Positions 8,713-17,347 of a stretch of 39,266 nucleotides of DNA are shown here, one piece after another. The stretch comes from a virus (taxonomy: Duplodnaviria; Caudoviricetes): positions 1 to 39,266 of the IMG/VR virus record IMGVR_UViG_3300021185_002770, one strand, 5' to 3'. The notes under the pieces were generated by a model that made no database searches, was not told the origin of the DNA, and saw only the letters and a program-made list of their open reading frames with translations. The position numbers were made by a program, and so were the translations under genes. Each line of letters starts with the position of its first letter. The stretch's first letter is position 1.

Positions 8713-9561
8713 ATGGGCACGTACGCTATCATCGGACGAGGAGCTAGTACACCGAAGGAGGTCATAGTCGCTGGTCTCAAGGACTCTCTCAAAGAAGGGG
8801 ACTCTGTTAAGGTCGCATGGGGAAGTGCCTCCATGACCGAGGACGAAGGCACCCTCTGGGACTACCTGCTCGACTTTGAGATCCCTACCGTCCTTCTATA
8901 CGAGGATGGTGACACAGTAGTCCCCCTCTTAAAAGGTCTTGAACACGTCGAGATCCGTAAGACACGGAATAAGCTGGCCTCCACAGTCTCCGACGTTGAC
9001 CAAGTGCTCTTGATGTGGGGAGAGGATCGGGAGACTGAGGACATGCTAATGAATGCGTTTAACGAAACAGGTGATGGACCAACTGGTAGTGTCACTTATC
9101 TTGAGCTTACCAACGGTCTTGAGCCTATCATCCTGGTAGACGAGGAGGACGTAGTGGTTCCCCAGGAATCACCTTCCTCTGAGGTTGTCGTAGAGGACTC
9201 CGAACCGGACGAAGACCGCTCCTTCACTAAGCTGGAGCTTGACACTATGACTGCACACGCTGTCAAACGTTACGGTGAGCGCATCGGTGCCACAGGGACT
9301 ACCAAGTCAGCGATCATTGCTGAACTTTTCCCAGATAGTGGTACGTCCATCATGGGGCCGGGTCCACGACAGGATGATGCTGTCAAGAACGCATTAGAGG
9401 CTGTAGGAATCACAGACACCCCCGCTCCCCAGGTCAATGAGAGTATCATTGATGAGGCTTTGAAACCCCTTCGGGACCTCCTCATCCTACTGGCATCGGC
9501 CTCGACTGCTACGATTGAGGTGTTACAAGATCAAGGAATGCTCGATGAAGGGACTAAGTAA
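8713..9561 (+). CDS. Hypothetical protein with N-terminal alpha/beta domain and possible small helical (Rho-N/HeH-like) nucleic-acid-binding domain
   Basis: Long ORF with an RBS. ELDTMTAHAVKRYGERIGATGTTKSAIIAEL resembles HeH/Rho-N motifs. Confidence 0.55.
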   Translation: MGTYAIIGRGASTPKEVIVAGLKDSLKEGDSVKVAWGSASMTEDEGTLWDYLLDFEIPTVLLYEDGDTVVPLLKGLEHVEIRKTRNKLASTVSDVDQVLLMWGEDRETEDMLMNAFNETGDGPTGSVTYLELTNGLEPIILVDEEDVVVPQESPSSEVVVEDSEPDEDRSFTKLELDTMTAHAVKRYGERIGATGTTKSAIIAELFPDSGTSIMGPGPRQDDAVKNALEAVGITDTPAPQVNESIIDEALKPLRDLLILLASASTATIEVLQDQGMLDEGTK

Positions 9562-10322
9562 TGGGTGATTGGGACGATTGGCCGGATAACGATGGCGATG
9601 CCACGGACTGGGAAAACCCCCCCCCCCCCCCCGTATTCTTCCGTAGGAACATCAAAGACCTTATCGACTACTTTTCTTACCATAAATCGATGGGAGACAT
9701 GACTAAGTTAGTCGATCAGGAGGACAAGAACCTTCTCGGATATACCTTCATACGTCTCACCAAGGCAGGCTACACTGACGTTTCCCTACGAACATCTGTT
9801 GATGTGTTCTTTCAGAGTATCGCCTCAGACAGCAGTAAGCCCGCAAGGGCATTCCTCTCTCGGGAGGTTATGGATGCTTGTCTGGAGGGTACAGTTGTTA
9901 CTGTCAGCCCCGAAGACCACCCCATCTTCCATTGGATGCTAGGGGACATGGGCAAGTCCGAGGTTCTTAGCGAGGTGAAAGATAAGAGACGGGCCGTGCT
10001 ATTAGCCTGTAACGATAGCTTCCGATATCCAGAGGTTATTGCGGAGATTCTAGCTGCCGATAAGTCCTTCATCTACACGTATGCTGTGTTGTCCGCTCTG
10101 GAAAGTGTTGTAAAGTACAACCTGGCAGGCAAGCCCTTCAACAAGTCTGATGTCGATCCTCATCTTGCGTTGATTAGGTGGTGTGATTTGCCTAAAGAAC
10201 TCAAGAGTAACATCCCCTCTCCAAGAGGTATCCGACCTGAGAGAGGCACGCTTTCGCAGTATGTTACTGCTTACCTACTAAAACGTCAGGAAGTCAAGGA
10301 GTACGAGGAGATCGCAGGATGA
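9561..10322 (+). CDS. Hypothetical protein, possible replication initiator (by position); contains a C16 tract
   Basis: Coupled to its neighbours (TAATG and ATGA overlaps) and directly upstream of the DnaC-like ATPase. The function is inferred from position only. Confidence 0.55.
   Translation: MGDWDDWPDNDGDATDWENPPPPPVFFRRNIKDLIDYFSYHKSMGDMTKLVDQEDKNLLGYTFIRLTKAGYTDVSLRTSVDVFFQSIASDSSKPARAFLSREVMDACLEGTVVTVSPEDHPIFHWMLGDMGKSEVLSEVKDKRRAVLLACNDSFRYPEVIAEILAADKSFIYTYAVLSALESVVKYNLAGKPFNKSDVDPHLALIRWCDLPKELKSNIPSPRGIRPERGTLSQYVTAYLLKRQEVKEYEEIAG
9617..9632 (+). repeat. C16 homopolymer tract inside a CDS
   Basis: ggaaaa-C16-gtattc, encoding N-PPPPP. Confidence 0.9.
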
Positions 10323-10900
10323 AAACGCCCCAACAGTGGAAGAGTAAGAAGTGGTGGTCACACCTTTCCGAAGGTGATCGCATGTCTCACTTCCTTGGGA
10401 GTGTTAAAGGACGCCCCCTCCGAGAGTCAAGAGATGTATCACATGACTTAGAAGACTTCGTAGACGATTACGAGGAGGGAGCAAGTCTCATCCTCTCAGG
10501 ACGTGCCGGGTCTGGCAAAACCACTAATGCGATCCGAGTAGTAGAGGACCTCATCACCAAGCATGGGAGATCGGCACGCATGATTACTGCGGATGCCTAT
10601 ATCGACATGATTAAGAATAGCTTTGAAGAGGATGGGGACGGTATCCTGAGCGATGAGTACAACGACCCTTACGCTCTCAAACACATCCGAGCTTCGTACG
10701 ATGTACTGCTTCTCGATGATCTTGAGGGGACTCGCAGGACTGAGTTCGCCGCTCACGAGATCGGCACTCTGATACGTTCCAGGTATGACGCAATGCTCAC
10801 AACCGTTATCACCACTTCCCTCTCCGTTACGGATATCAAGGCGAGGTTTGGAGATAGACTGAGCAGTCCGTTGGCCTCTTTTGAATTGGAAACCCTCTAA
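10319..10900 (+). CDS. DnaC/IstB-like AAA+ helicase loader
   Basis: Walker A GRAGSGKT, Walker B LLLDDL, LIRSRYD..TVITTSL..RFGDRLSS. Confidence 0.85.
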   Translation: MKTPQQWKSKKWWSHLSEGDRMSHFLGSVKGRPLRESRDVSHDLEDFVDDYEEGASLILSGRAGSGKTTNAIRVVEDLITKHGRSARMITADAYIDMIKNSFEEDGDGILSDEYNDPYALKHIRASYDVLLLDDLEGTRRTEFAAHEIGTLIRSRYDAMLTTVITTSLSVTDIKARFGDRLSSPLASFELETL

Positions 10901-11370
10901 TGGAGAAGGGCGACATCGGCGTATCGATACATAGTCGTATCGCCTGCTGGTTTGAGGGTCTAGTCGTAACCGTAGAGCAGGAGCCGGTAAAACAACAGGG
11001 TCTCCTATCCAGGCTCTTCAAGAAAGACGATGACGTTGAGGCTGACGACTGGGTTAAGCGTACGATGTCTCTATGGCGTATCAACGAGATGCCACTTCGC
11101 TCCCTGATACATCTCAGGAACCAGTTAGGAATTGCGGTTGACGTGTATACGTACTATGATGACTTCATGGTCGAGCATATTGAGAGCTACCTGGCGAGGA
11201 AAGGAGCCGATTGCCAGGTATACTCTTACGACAAGTTAGAAGACCTGTCAGACGATATGCGCTACAACCGTGAGATTCACACCCTTTTCACTCCCTACGA
11301 AGAGGACGCTAAAGCAATTGGATGGCACCGTGCCACGGTAGTTAACCCCGATGGAAAGTTTGGATACTAA
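10900..11370 (+). CDS. Hypothetical protein, possible degenerate HAD-fold protein
   Basis: IACWFEGLVV in place of hhhDxDGxh, followed by VDVYTY and a strand/helix pattern like phage HADs. Confidence 0.45.
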   Translation: MEKGDIGVSIHSRIACWFEGLVVTVEQEPVKQQGLLSRLFKKDDDVEADDWVKRTMSLWRINEMPLRSLIHLRNQLGIAVDVYTYYDDFMVEHIESYLARKGADCQVYSYDKLEDLSDDMRYNREIHTLFTPYEEDAKAIGWHRATVVNPDGKFGY

Positions 11371-12639
11371 ATGTCAGCATCGCTAGAATCACTAATCATC
11401 AGCAAAGTAATCGATGAACAGTCCTTGGAATCAACTACCAAGTTCGGGCTACGTGCGGAGCACTTCACAACTACGTATCGCCCCGTATACGAGTGGATCT
11501 TAGCTTACAACCAGGAGCACGGCTCCGTTCCCACCGACCGGGCCTTCAGTAAGGCCCATGGCTCGATCCTTCTTGACGACGCCTCCTCAGAGTCCTGGTC
11601 TGGCCTCGTTGATGAAATGATGGTCCAGTACAAGTTCCGCACTATCGCAGACGTTCTCACACGATCTTCTGGTGAATTGGACAACGACGACGTTGAGAAG
11701 GCCATCTCCACTCTCCAATCGGGGCTTACCGAGGCTACCAAGCAGACCAGCAAACTTAGGGACTTTGACATCATCCAGGATTGGGAAGAACGTCTCGCAA
11801 AGTACAACGAGATGCGTGACAACCCGAACGCTCTACGTGGAATCCCAACCGGCTTCCACGGCCTCGATCAGATCACCCAGGGTTTTAGACCCCAGCAGTT
11901 CGTAGTGCTTGTGGGCGAACCTAAACGGGGCAAGTCTCTGTTTGAGTTGATTATGGCAAACGCTGCCCACTATTCGGGGCGCACCCCTTTGTTCGTATCA
12001 TTTGAGATGTCGGTACAGGAACAGTTGTCTCGATGGGACGCACTCCGAGCCAAGGTTGACTATAACAGTATCCTTACAGGCAACCTCTCTAATCAAGAGA
12101 TGGACCGTATCGAGCGTCAGATGATATTGGCAAAGAATATGCAGCCTTTCTATATGTCTGAGGATTCGACGTCCCTGACCACGGTCAGTGCTCTGGACGC
12201 CAAGGTACAGGAATACCGCCCCGATGCGTTATACGTAGACGGTGGTTATTTGATGGACGACGACCATGGAGAGCCGAAAGGCTCCCCCCAAGCGTTGACT
12301 AACATTACTCGGTCAATGAAGAGACTGGCTCAGAAATGGGATATCCCAGTCATTCTCACCACTCAGGTGCTCTCCTGGAAGCTGGGTAACAAGAAGACAC
12401 GAGCCATTACAGCCGACAGTATCGGTTACACATCGTCCTTCGTACAGGACGCCGACCTCGTTCTCGGTGTAGAGCGCAACCCAGATGCCGATGACCAGAG
12501 CATCATCCGTGTTGTGGAGGCTAGAACTGCCCCCCGAGGCGAGGTTCACGTCAGTTGGGACTGGGCAACTATGGACTTTACCGAGTTGCATAACGATGAG
12601 GAAGCCAGTGAGTTTGAGTCGGAAGGGTTTGTACCGTGA
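11371..12639 (+). CDS. dnaB: DnaB-like replicative helicase
   Basis: GIPTGFHGLDQITQGF, Walker A GEPKRGKS, FVSFEMS, YVDG, PVILTTQ and FVQDADLVLG. Confidence 0.92.
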   Translation: MSASLESLIISKVIDEQSLESTTKFGLRAEHFTTTYRPVYEWILAYNQEHGSVPTDRAFSKAHGSILLDDASSESWSGLVDEMMVQYKFRTIADVLTRSSGELDNDDVEKAISTLQSGLTEATKQTSKLRDFDIIQDWEERLAKYNEMRDNPNALRGIPTGFHGLDQITQGFRPQQFVVLVGEPKRGKSLFELIMANAAHYSGRTPLFVSFEMSVQEQLSRWDALRAKVDYNSILTGNLSNQEMDRIERQMILAKNMQPFYMSEDSTSLTTVSALDAKVQEYRPDALYVDGGYLMDDDHGEPKGSPQALTNITRSMKRLAQKWDIPVILTTQVLSWKLGNKKTRAITADSIGYTSSFVQDADLVLGVERNPDADDQSIIRVVEARTAPRGEVHVSWDWATMDFTELHNDEEASEFESEGFVP

Positions 12640-13547
12640 GTAGAGCCGGTGATCTAGTCGAGGTCCTAGAGGACTTGGGTGTAGAGGTTAACAAGGTGAC
12701 AGGGGACGAGGTTCAATGCCGCTGCCCTGTCCACCACAAGTTCAAGGGCAGGGAGTCCACCCGCTACACCTTCTATCTCAACACAGATAGTTATCTGTTC
12801 CACTGCTTTACCTGCGGTGCCAGGGGGAGCTTATATCAGCTAATCAATGAGCTTACCGATGACCCCAATCAACTGTGGCGTATCCAAAGTGGCATGATCC
12901 AGAAGGGTGTGAGCAGGCTTGAGCCTGAAGAGGATGTCTATGAGGCTCCTGTGACTCTGGACTGGCTCAAGTATGCTGAGTTCGACAGGCTCCCCCAGTC
13001 TGTTATCAACTTCCGTAAAGTAGATCCAGATGTAGCGCTACGTCACGGCGTACGTTGGGACTCAGACCTCAAGGCGGTACTCACACCCATCGTCTCCCCC
13101 CTAGGAGAGCTACGGGGCTATCAGCAGAAGAAGACAGGATGGGTCAACAACTTCCCCCAGGGAGTACATAAGAAGGACACCTTGTTCGGCATCGAAAGAG
13201 CGGTTAACCCTATCGGTATCCTGCTGGAATCTCCCCTCGATGTCGTTCGGTTCCACTCTGTGTACGGAGGCATCGAGTTCAGCGCAGTGTCTTCCTTCGG
13301 TGCTAACGTTTCCTCTGACCAAGCTCGCCTATTAGAACGTACCTTTGATACGGTAGTGTTAGCTCTTGATAACGATATCGCTGGATATAAGGAGACTAAA
13401 AGGGTATCCAAGTACATATCCCCTCGAAAAGGTCTCCGTTACTGGATCTATGACAAAGACGACCCCAAAGACTTAGGGGACATGACAGACGGACAGATTA
13501 TGGACGGAATGAGGAGGATCAGCAGTGTTTATCGGCAGTTTGCGTAA
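12636..13547 (+). CDS. dnaG: DNA primase (CHC2 zinc finger plus TOPRIM)
   Basis: CPVH..FHCFTCGARG; LLESPLDV; LALDNDIAG; KDLGDM. Confidence 0.9.
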   Translation: MSRAGDLVEVLEDLGVEVNKVTGDEVQCRCPVHHKFKGRESTRYTFYLNTDSYLFHCFTCGARGSLYQLINELTDDPNQLWRIQSGMIQKGVSRLEPEEDVYEAPVTLDWLKYAEFDRLPQSVINFRKVDPDVALRHGVRWDSDLKAVLTPIVSPLGELRGYQQKKTGWVNNFPQGVHKKDTLFGIERAVNPIGILLESPLDVVRFHSVYGGIEFSAVSSFGANVSSDQARLLERTFDTVVLALDNDIAGYKETKRVSKYISPRKGLRYWIYDKDDPKDLGDMTDGQIMDGMRRISSVYRQFA

Positions 13548-15066
13548 GTACCAACAAGATGCTGTGGACCGTATGGTCGAGCGAGGCCAGATGATGCTCG
13601 CTATGACTATGGGTGCGGGTAAAACTCCCACCACTCTCGGGGCTATCGAGCAGATGTACGAGGAGGGGGATATCGACCGTGCTCTGATCGTCGTCCCCGC
13701 ATCTCTCAAGCTACAGTGGCGGGACGAGATCAAGAAGTTCACTAACGGACGTACCATGGTTATTGACGGTACTAAGAAGAAGCGTGAACGACAGTGGAGG
13801 ACATCGGGCGATGCTCGCTATGTCATTGTCAATCCCGAGACCCTTCTCAACGACTACAAGTTGATAGGACAGATTCAAGCTATCGTCATTGATGAGTCCA
13901 CTATCATCAAGAACAGGTCGGCCAAGAGGTCTAAATTGATGAAGCGCCTAGGAAAGACCGTCCCCTTTAGGTTCGCTCTTACCGGACAGCCTATTGAGAA
14001 TCGCCCCGAAGAATTGTTCAGTATCATGGAGTTCGTAGACAAGGACGTACTAGGTAGCTTTGAGCAGTTCGACCGTACGTTCATCGTCCGTGACCATTGG
14101 GGAAAGCCCGCCCGGTACCGAAACCTCGACAAGATGCACAAGACCATGAAAGAGTGTATGGTCAGGAAGACACGCGAGGACATAGCGGACCAACTGCCCA
14201 ATATCATCCATCAGGTGATACCAGTACCCTTTGATACCAAAGGTGCAGGGGTGTATCGACGTATTCAGTCCGATCTCGTTGATACGCTCTCTAAAGCTCT
14301 TCGTAAAGGCGGTAGCGGTTTCTCCCTGTGGGACCACTACAACAACGACGGGGACGGCGGGAAGGAGCAGGGCGAAGTGATGACCCGGCTTACTACCCTG
14401 CGTATGCTTTGCGATAACCCTGCGCTAGTTCGATGGTCTTCTGGAGAGTACGCTAACCCTGATACAAAGCACGGGAGCGAGTACGCTAACACTATCGTAA
14501 ACGCCGGTATCATGGACGGTGTTAACGCCGCCCCCAAACTAGACGCCGTGGTGGATTACATAACAGAGGTACTAGCGGAGTCTCCTGATAACAAGGTCGT
14601 TCTCTTCTCGTTCTTTAAGGAGAACCTGCGGCTCATACAGGAGGCCACCAGTAAGATTACAAACAGCGTCCTGTTCATGGGCGGTATGACGGCAGACGAG
14701 AAGCAGGATAATAAGAACAAGTTTCAAACCGATCCTCGCACCCGGCTGTTCCTGTCGAGCGATGCGGGAGGGTACGGTGTCGATCTCCCCCAGGCTAACT
14801 ATCTGATATCATATGACCTTCCTTGGTCCTCGGGTAAGCTAGAGCAGCGGGAGGCACGCATTATTCGACTGTCGTCCCAGTGGCCCCACGTCACCATTGC
14901 TACGTTTGTGATGGCTGGCAGTATTGAGGAGCGACAGTACCAAATGCTCCAGGAGAAGCTGAAGACTAACGAGGCGTTTATCGACGGTAAGCACCACGAT
15001 ATGGAACAGAGCTTCTCTCTCACGATGGACAATTTAAGTACATTTATGAGGGAATCCATGGTGTGA
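13525..15066 (+). CDS. SNF2-family helicase
   Basis: LRKYQ, MGAGKT, IVVPASLKLQW, IDES, LTGQPIEN, KVVLFS, AGGYGVDL, YDLPWS..QREARI. Confidence 0.92.
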   Translation: MFIGSLRKYQQDAVDRMVERGQMMLAMTMGAGKTPTTLGAIEQMYEEGDIDRALIVVPASLKLQWRDEIKKFTNGRTMVIDGTKKKRERQWRTSGDARYVIVNPETLLNDYKLIGQIQAIVIDESTIIKNRSAKRSKLMKRLGKTVPFRFALTGQPIENRPEELFSIMEFVDKDVLGSFEQFDRTFIVRDHWGKPARYRNLDKMHKTMKECMVRKTREDIADQLPNIIHQVIPVPFDTKGAGVYRRIQSDLVDTLSKALRKGGSGFSLWDHYNNDGDGGKEQGEVMTRLTTLRMLCDNPALVRWSSGEYANPDTKHGSEYANTIVNAGIMDGVNAAPKLDAVVDYITEVLAESPDNKVVLFSFFKENLRLIQEATSKITNSVLFMGGMTADEKQDNKNKFQTDPRTRLFLSSDAGGYGVDLPQANYLISYDLPWSSGKLEQREARIIRLSSQWPHVTIATFVMAGSIEERQYQMLQEKLKTNEAFIDGKHHDMEQSFSLTMDNLSTFMRESMV

Positions 15067-15068
15067 CG

Positions 15069-15102
15069 TTGTGTCACCGCCTCTCAGGGTGTAAGATATA
15101 CT
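15069..15102 (+). promoter_or_regulatory. Possible promoter overlapping a GTGAC-N5-GTCAC inverted repeat
   Basis: TTGTGT-N17-TAAGAT, with an overlapping TATACT. AAGGA RBS before ATG 15125. Confidence 0.4.
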
Positions 15103-15124
15103 CTCACTATTAAGGAACTAAGAA

Positions 15125-15442
15125 ATGCACCCACTAGACCGTCCCCTACACCCCTTGGATAAGACCCCCCACCCGTTCTCTCGACCACTAGAACCTGTAG
15201 GAGGGTACCCTCGTAAGTACCTCGCCCCGTTCTGGTTGCGTTGGAAGATGAGGCGTTGGAACCGAATCATCGATAACCAGTGGCGTGTCCATAACATTAT
15301 GATATGGGACACCCCTCGTGCTATCAATCGGTACCGTAAAACCATTCCCGCAGACGCACGGTTCTCTCGTGATGATCTGCCTGATAACGTTCTATATCGG
15401 AATGTGCCGATTGTAAGCATAAGAAAGGCTAAACATGGATGA
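15125..15442 (+). CDS. Hypothetical basic protein with N-terminal HP(L/F) heptad repeats
   Basis: Has an RBS and overlaps the next start. Sequence HPLDRPL-HPLDKTP-HPFSRPL. Confidence 0.55.
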   Translation: MHPLDRPLHPLDKTPHPFSRPLEPVGGYPRKYLAPFWLRWKMRRWNRIIDNQWRVHNIMIWDTPRAINRYRKTIPADARFSRDDLPDNVLYRNVPIVSIRKAKHG

Positions 15443-15857
15443 CTCACTGAAGAAGCTGGCTGAGGACTACGTTCAGCACAAGCACCACATTAAGGTGCTT
15501 GAGAAGATGGCTGCTGAAGAGAAGAAGGAACTCATGCTCTACGTGCAGAGAGAGGGCACGCCAGACGACGTGGGCCACACCTGGGCGCAAGTTGGTCCAT
15601 GGTCACTACAGGTGCAGCGTAGGCAGGGGGAACCCCGGCTTGACAAGGATGCTGCTATCGAGTGGGCCAAAGAAGAAGGTTTCTGGGACAAAGTGTCCTC
15701 CACTATCGAGGTGCTTGACGAGGATAAACTCATGTCATATGCCTTTGATAACAGGGAGGACAATGAGTTTGAGGCGAAACTCAAGGAATTGTACGTCGCC
15801 CCAAAACCTACGTTTGCATTCCAAACGCCGGTAGAGGACAAGTACAACGACTACTAA
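15435..15857 (+). CDS. Hypothetical protein, Gam/Gp157-like architecture
   Basis: N-terminal coiled coil, then strands, and a C-terminal IEVLDEDKL motif. Confidence 0.5.
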   Translation: MDDSLKKLAEDYVQHKHHIKVLEKMAAEEKKELMLYVQREGTPDDVGHTWAQVGPWSLQVQRRQGEPRLDKDAAIEWAKEEGFWDKVSSTIEVLDEDKLMSYAFDNREDNEFEAKLKELYVAPKPTFAFQTPVEDKYNDY

Positions 15858-15858
15858 G

Positions 15859-15887
15859 TTGCAAACGTTACCATCACATGGTATACT
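15859..15887 (+). promoter_or_regulatory. Strong SigA-type promoter
   Basis: TTGCAA-N17-TATACT with an extended TG. GAGGAG RBS before GTG 15920. Confidence 0.75.
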
Positions 15888-15919
15888 GAGAATCTATTGG
15901 AGCAGGTTGAGGAGCCGAA

Positions 15920-16111
15920 GTGAACACATCCGACGAGACACATGAACCAGAAGACCGTTACACGGTAATGCAAGACGGTTTTATGAAATGGGTAGCGGTA
16001 GTTCCCTGCCTTAACAGTTTCTTTGAGTTCACGGCTCGTACACGCCGGGGCGCAGTAAAACAGGCTGACTTCTTTGTCAACAATGTGCCTGTGCCGAGGC
16101 CAGAGCTATGA
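15920..16111 (+). CDS. Small hypothetical protein
   Basis: GAGGAG RBS and an ATGA overlap with the next gene. Confidence 0.6.
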   Translation: MNTSDETHEPEDRYTVMQDGFMKWVAVVPCLNSFFEFTARTRRGAVKQADFFVNNVPVPRPEL

Positions 16112-16611
16112 GCGATCCTGCTCTCGATAGATTCTACAAGCTCGCTGCAAGCGAACCTGGGTTTGTAATGCCAGACGGGGAGTCACCTAAACAAGATCCC
16201 ACACCGGCACCTACCTACCCAGGTAATACCCCCCCAAGGAATAGTCAGGAGACGCTTGACAAAGAAGCGTCTTCTGTGTTAGGCTCTTTACCCTACAAGA
16301 AGATGGTAGTGGGCAAGGAACGAGAGACCAAGAAGATGTACACCATTGGTGCGCTGTCTGAGGCTCTTGGTAACAAGCCCGTTACTATCCGATCGTGGGA
16401 GTCAAAGGGGTGGCTGCCAAAGGCCACCTACCGTACGCCAAAGCCCAAGGGTGAACAAGTGCCCGGTAAAACAACACAGGGCAAGCGGCTTTATAGCCAG
16501 GATCAGGTTCTGTTCCTGGTTAAGGCGTACGACTCATACATCCTGACCCCCTCAAAGGCCAACTGGCCGGGATTCAGGACATACATAAAACGCTATTATC
16601 CCAAGCGTTAA
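16108..16611 (+). CDS. MerR-like HTH DNA-binding protein
   Basis: MYTIGALSEALGNKPVTIRSWESKGWLP..GKRLYSQDQV. Confidence 0.8.
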   Translation: MSDPALDRFYKLAASEPGFVMPDGESPKQDPTPAPTYPGNTPPRNSQETLDKEASSVLGSLPYKKMVVGKERETKKMYTIGALSEALGNKPVTIRSWESKGWLPKATYRTPKPKGEQVPGKTTQGKRLYSQDQVLFLVKAYDSYILTPSKANWPGFRTYIKRYYPKR

Positions 16612-16651
16612 TTAAACATCAGCGACAACGACAACGAAAGAAGGTAGTAAG

Positions 16652-17347
16652 ATGGGTCGTTTTGACGACGTAGTAGTAGTGGACACCGCAGGAGGCACGA
16701 ACAGTGCTGACGATGGGTCTACTTCATCAGAAGATATTGCAGCAAAGCAGAGTGCCCGCAAGGTATTCCGTGGAGGCTGGGGCAGTGTTGACACTGTTAA
16801 GCAGCAGGATAGTCCATACGCACAGCGTGTTAAGGTTACGGGAGATCCCGTCCTTGTCCGCTTCTTGCAGGACGATCCTTATGCCCATTACCGTCAACAC
16901 TGGATCAATGAGCGTCAGGGGCAGAAGTCCTTTACCTGCATTGATGGAGTCCATGAGCAGGGTTGCCCGCTTTGTGCAGCAGGCCACCGTCCGAGCGCAC
17001 GGTTTGCGTTCAACGTAGCTCTGATGACTGAGGAAGGTCCGTTGCTTCGTAGTTATGAGGTTGGTCCTCGTGACATCGATTCACTCAAGAACTTCCACAA
17101 TCACCCGACTCAGGGTCCCCTCAGTAAGCACTACTGGGCAATCTCCCGTACGGGGTCAGGTCCAACTTCCCAGCGAGCACACCAGATGGTGCGTGAGCGT
17201 GATCTTGCGGAAGAGTGGCCTCTGATTGAGGCTCTCAACGACACATCACTTGAGGAACTTCGCCTCAAGATGTACGACGAGAGCATCATTCCCATCCCCT
17301 CCCGAAAGACCCTGGCGACTATCGCCAGCGAGGATTTGGGAGCCTGA
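16652..17347 (+). CDS. Single-stranded DNA-binding protein (gp32-like, Zn-binding)
   Basis: VRFLQDDPY..YRQHWI..SFTC..GCPLC..FAFNV..YWAISRTGSG. Lies immediately before polA. Confidence 0.7.
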   Translation: MGRFDDVVVVDTAGGTNSADDGSTSSEDIAAKQSARKVFRGGWGSVDTVKQQDSPYAQRVKVTGDPVLVRFLQDDPYAHYRQHWINERQGQKSFTCIDGVHEQGCPLCAAGHRPSARFAFNVALMTEEGPLLRSYEVGPRDIDSLKNFHNHPTQGPLSKHYWAISRTGSGPTSQRAHQMVRERDLAEEWPLIEALNDTSLEELRLKMYDESIIPIPSRKTLATIASEDLGA

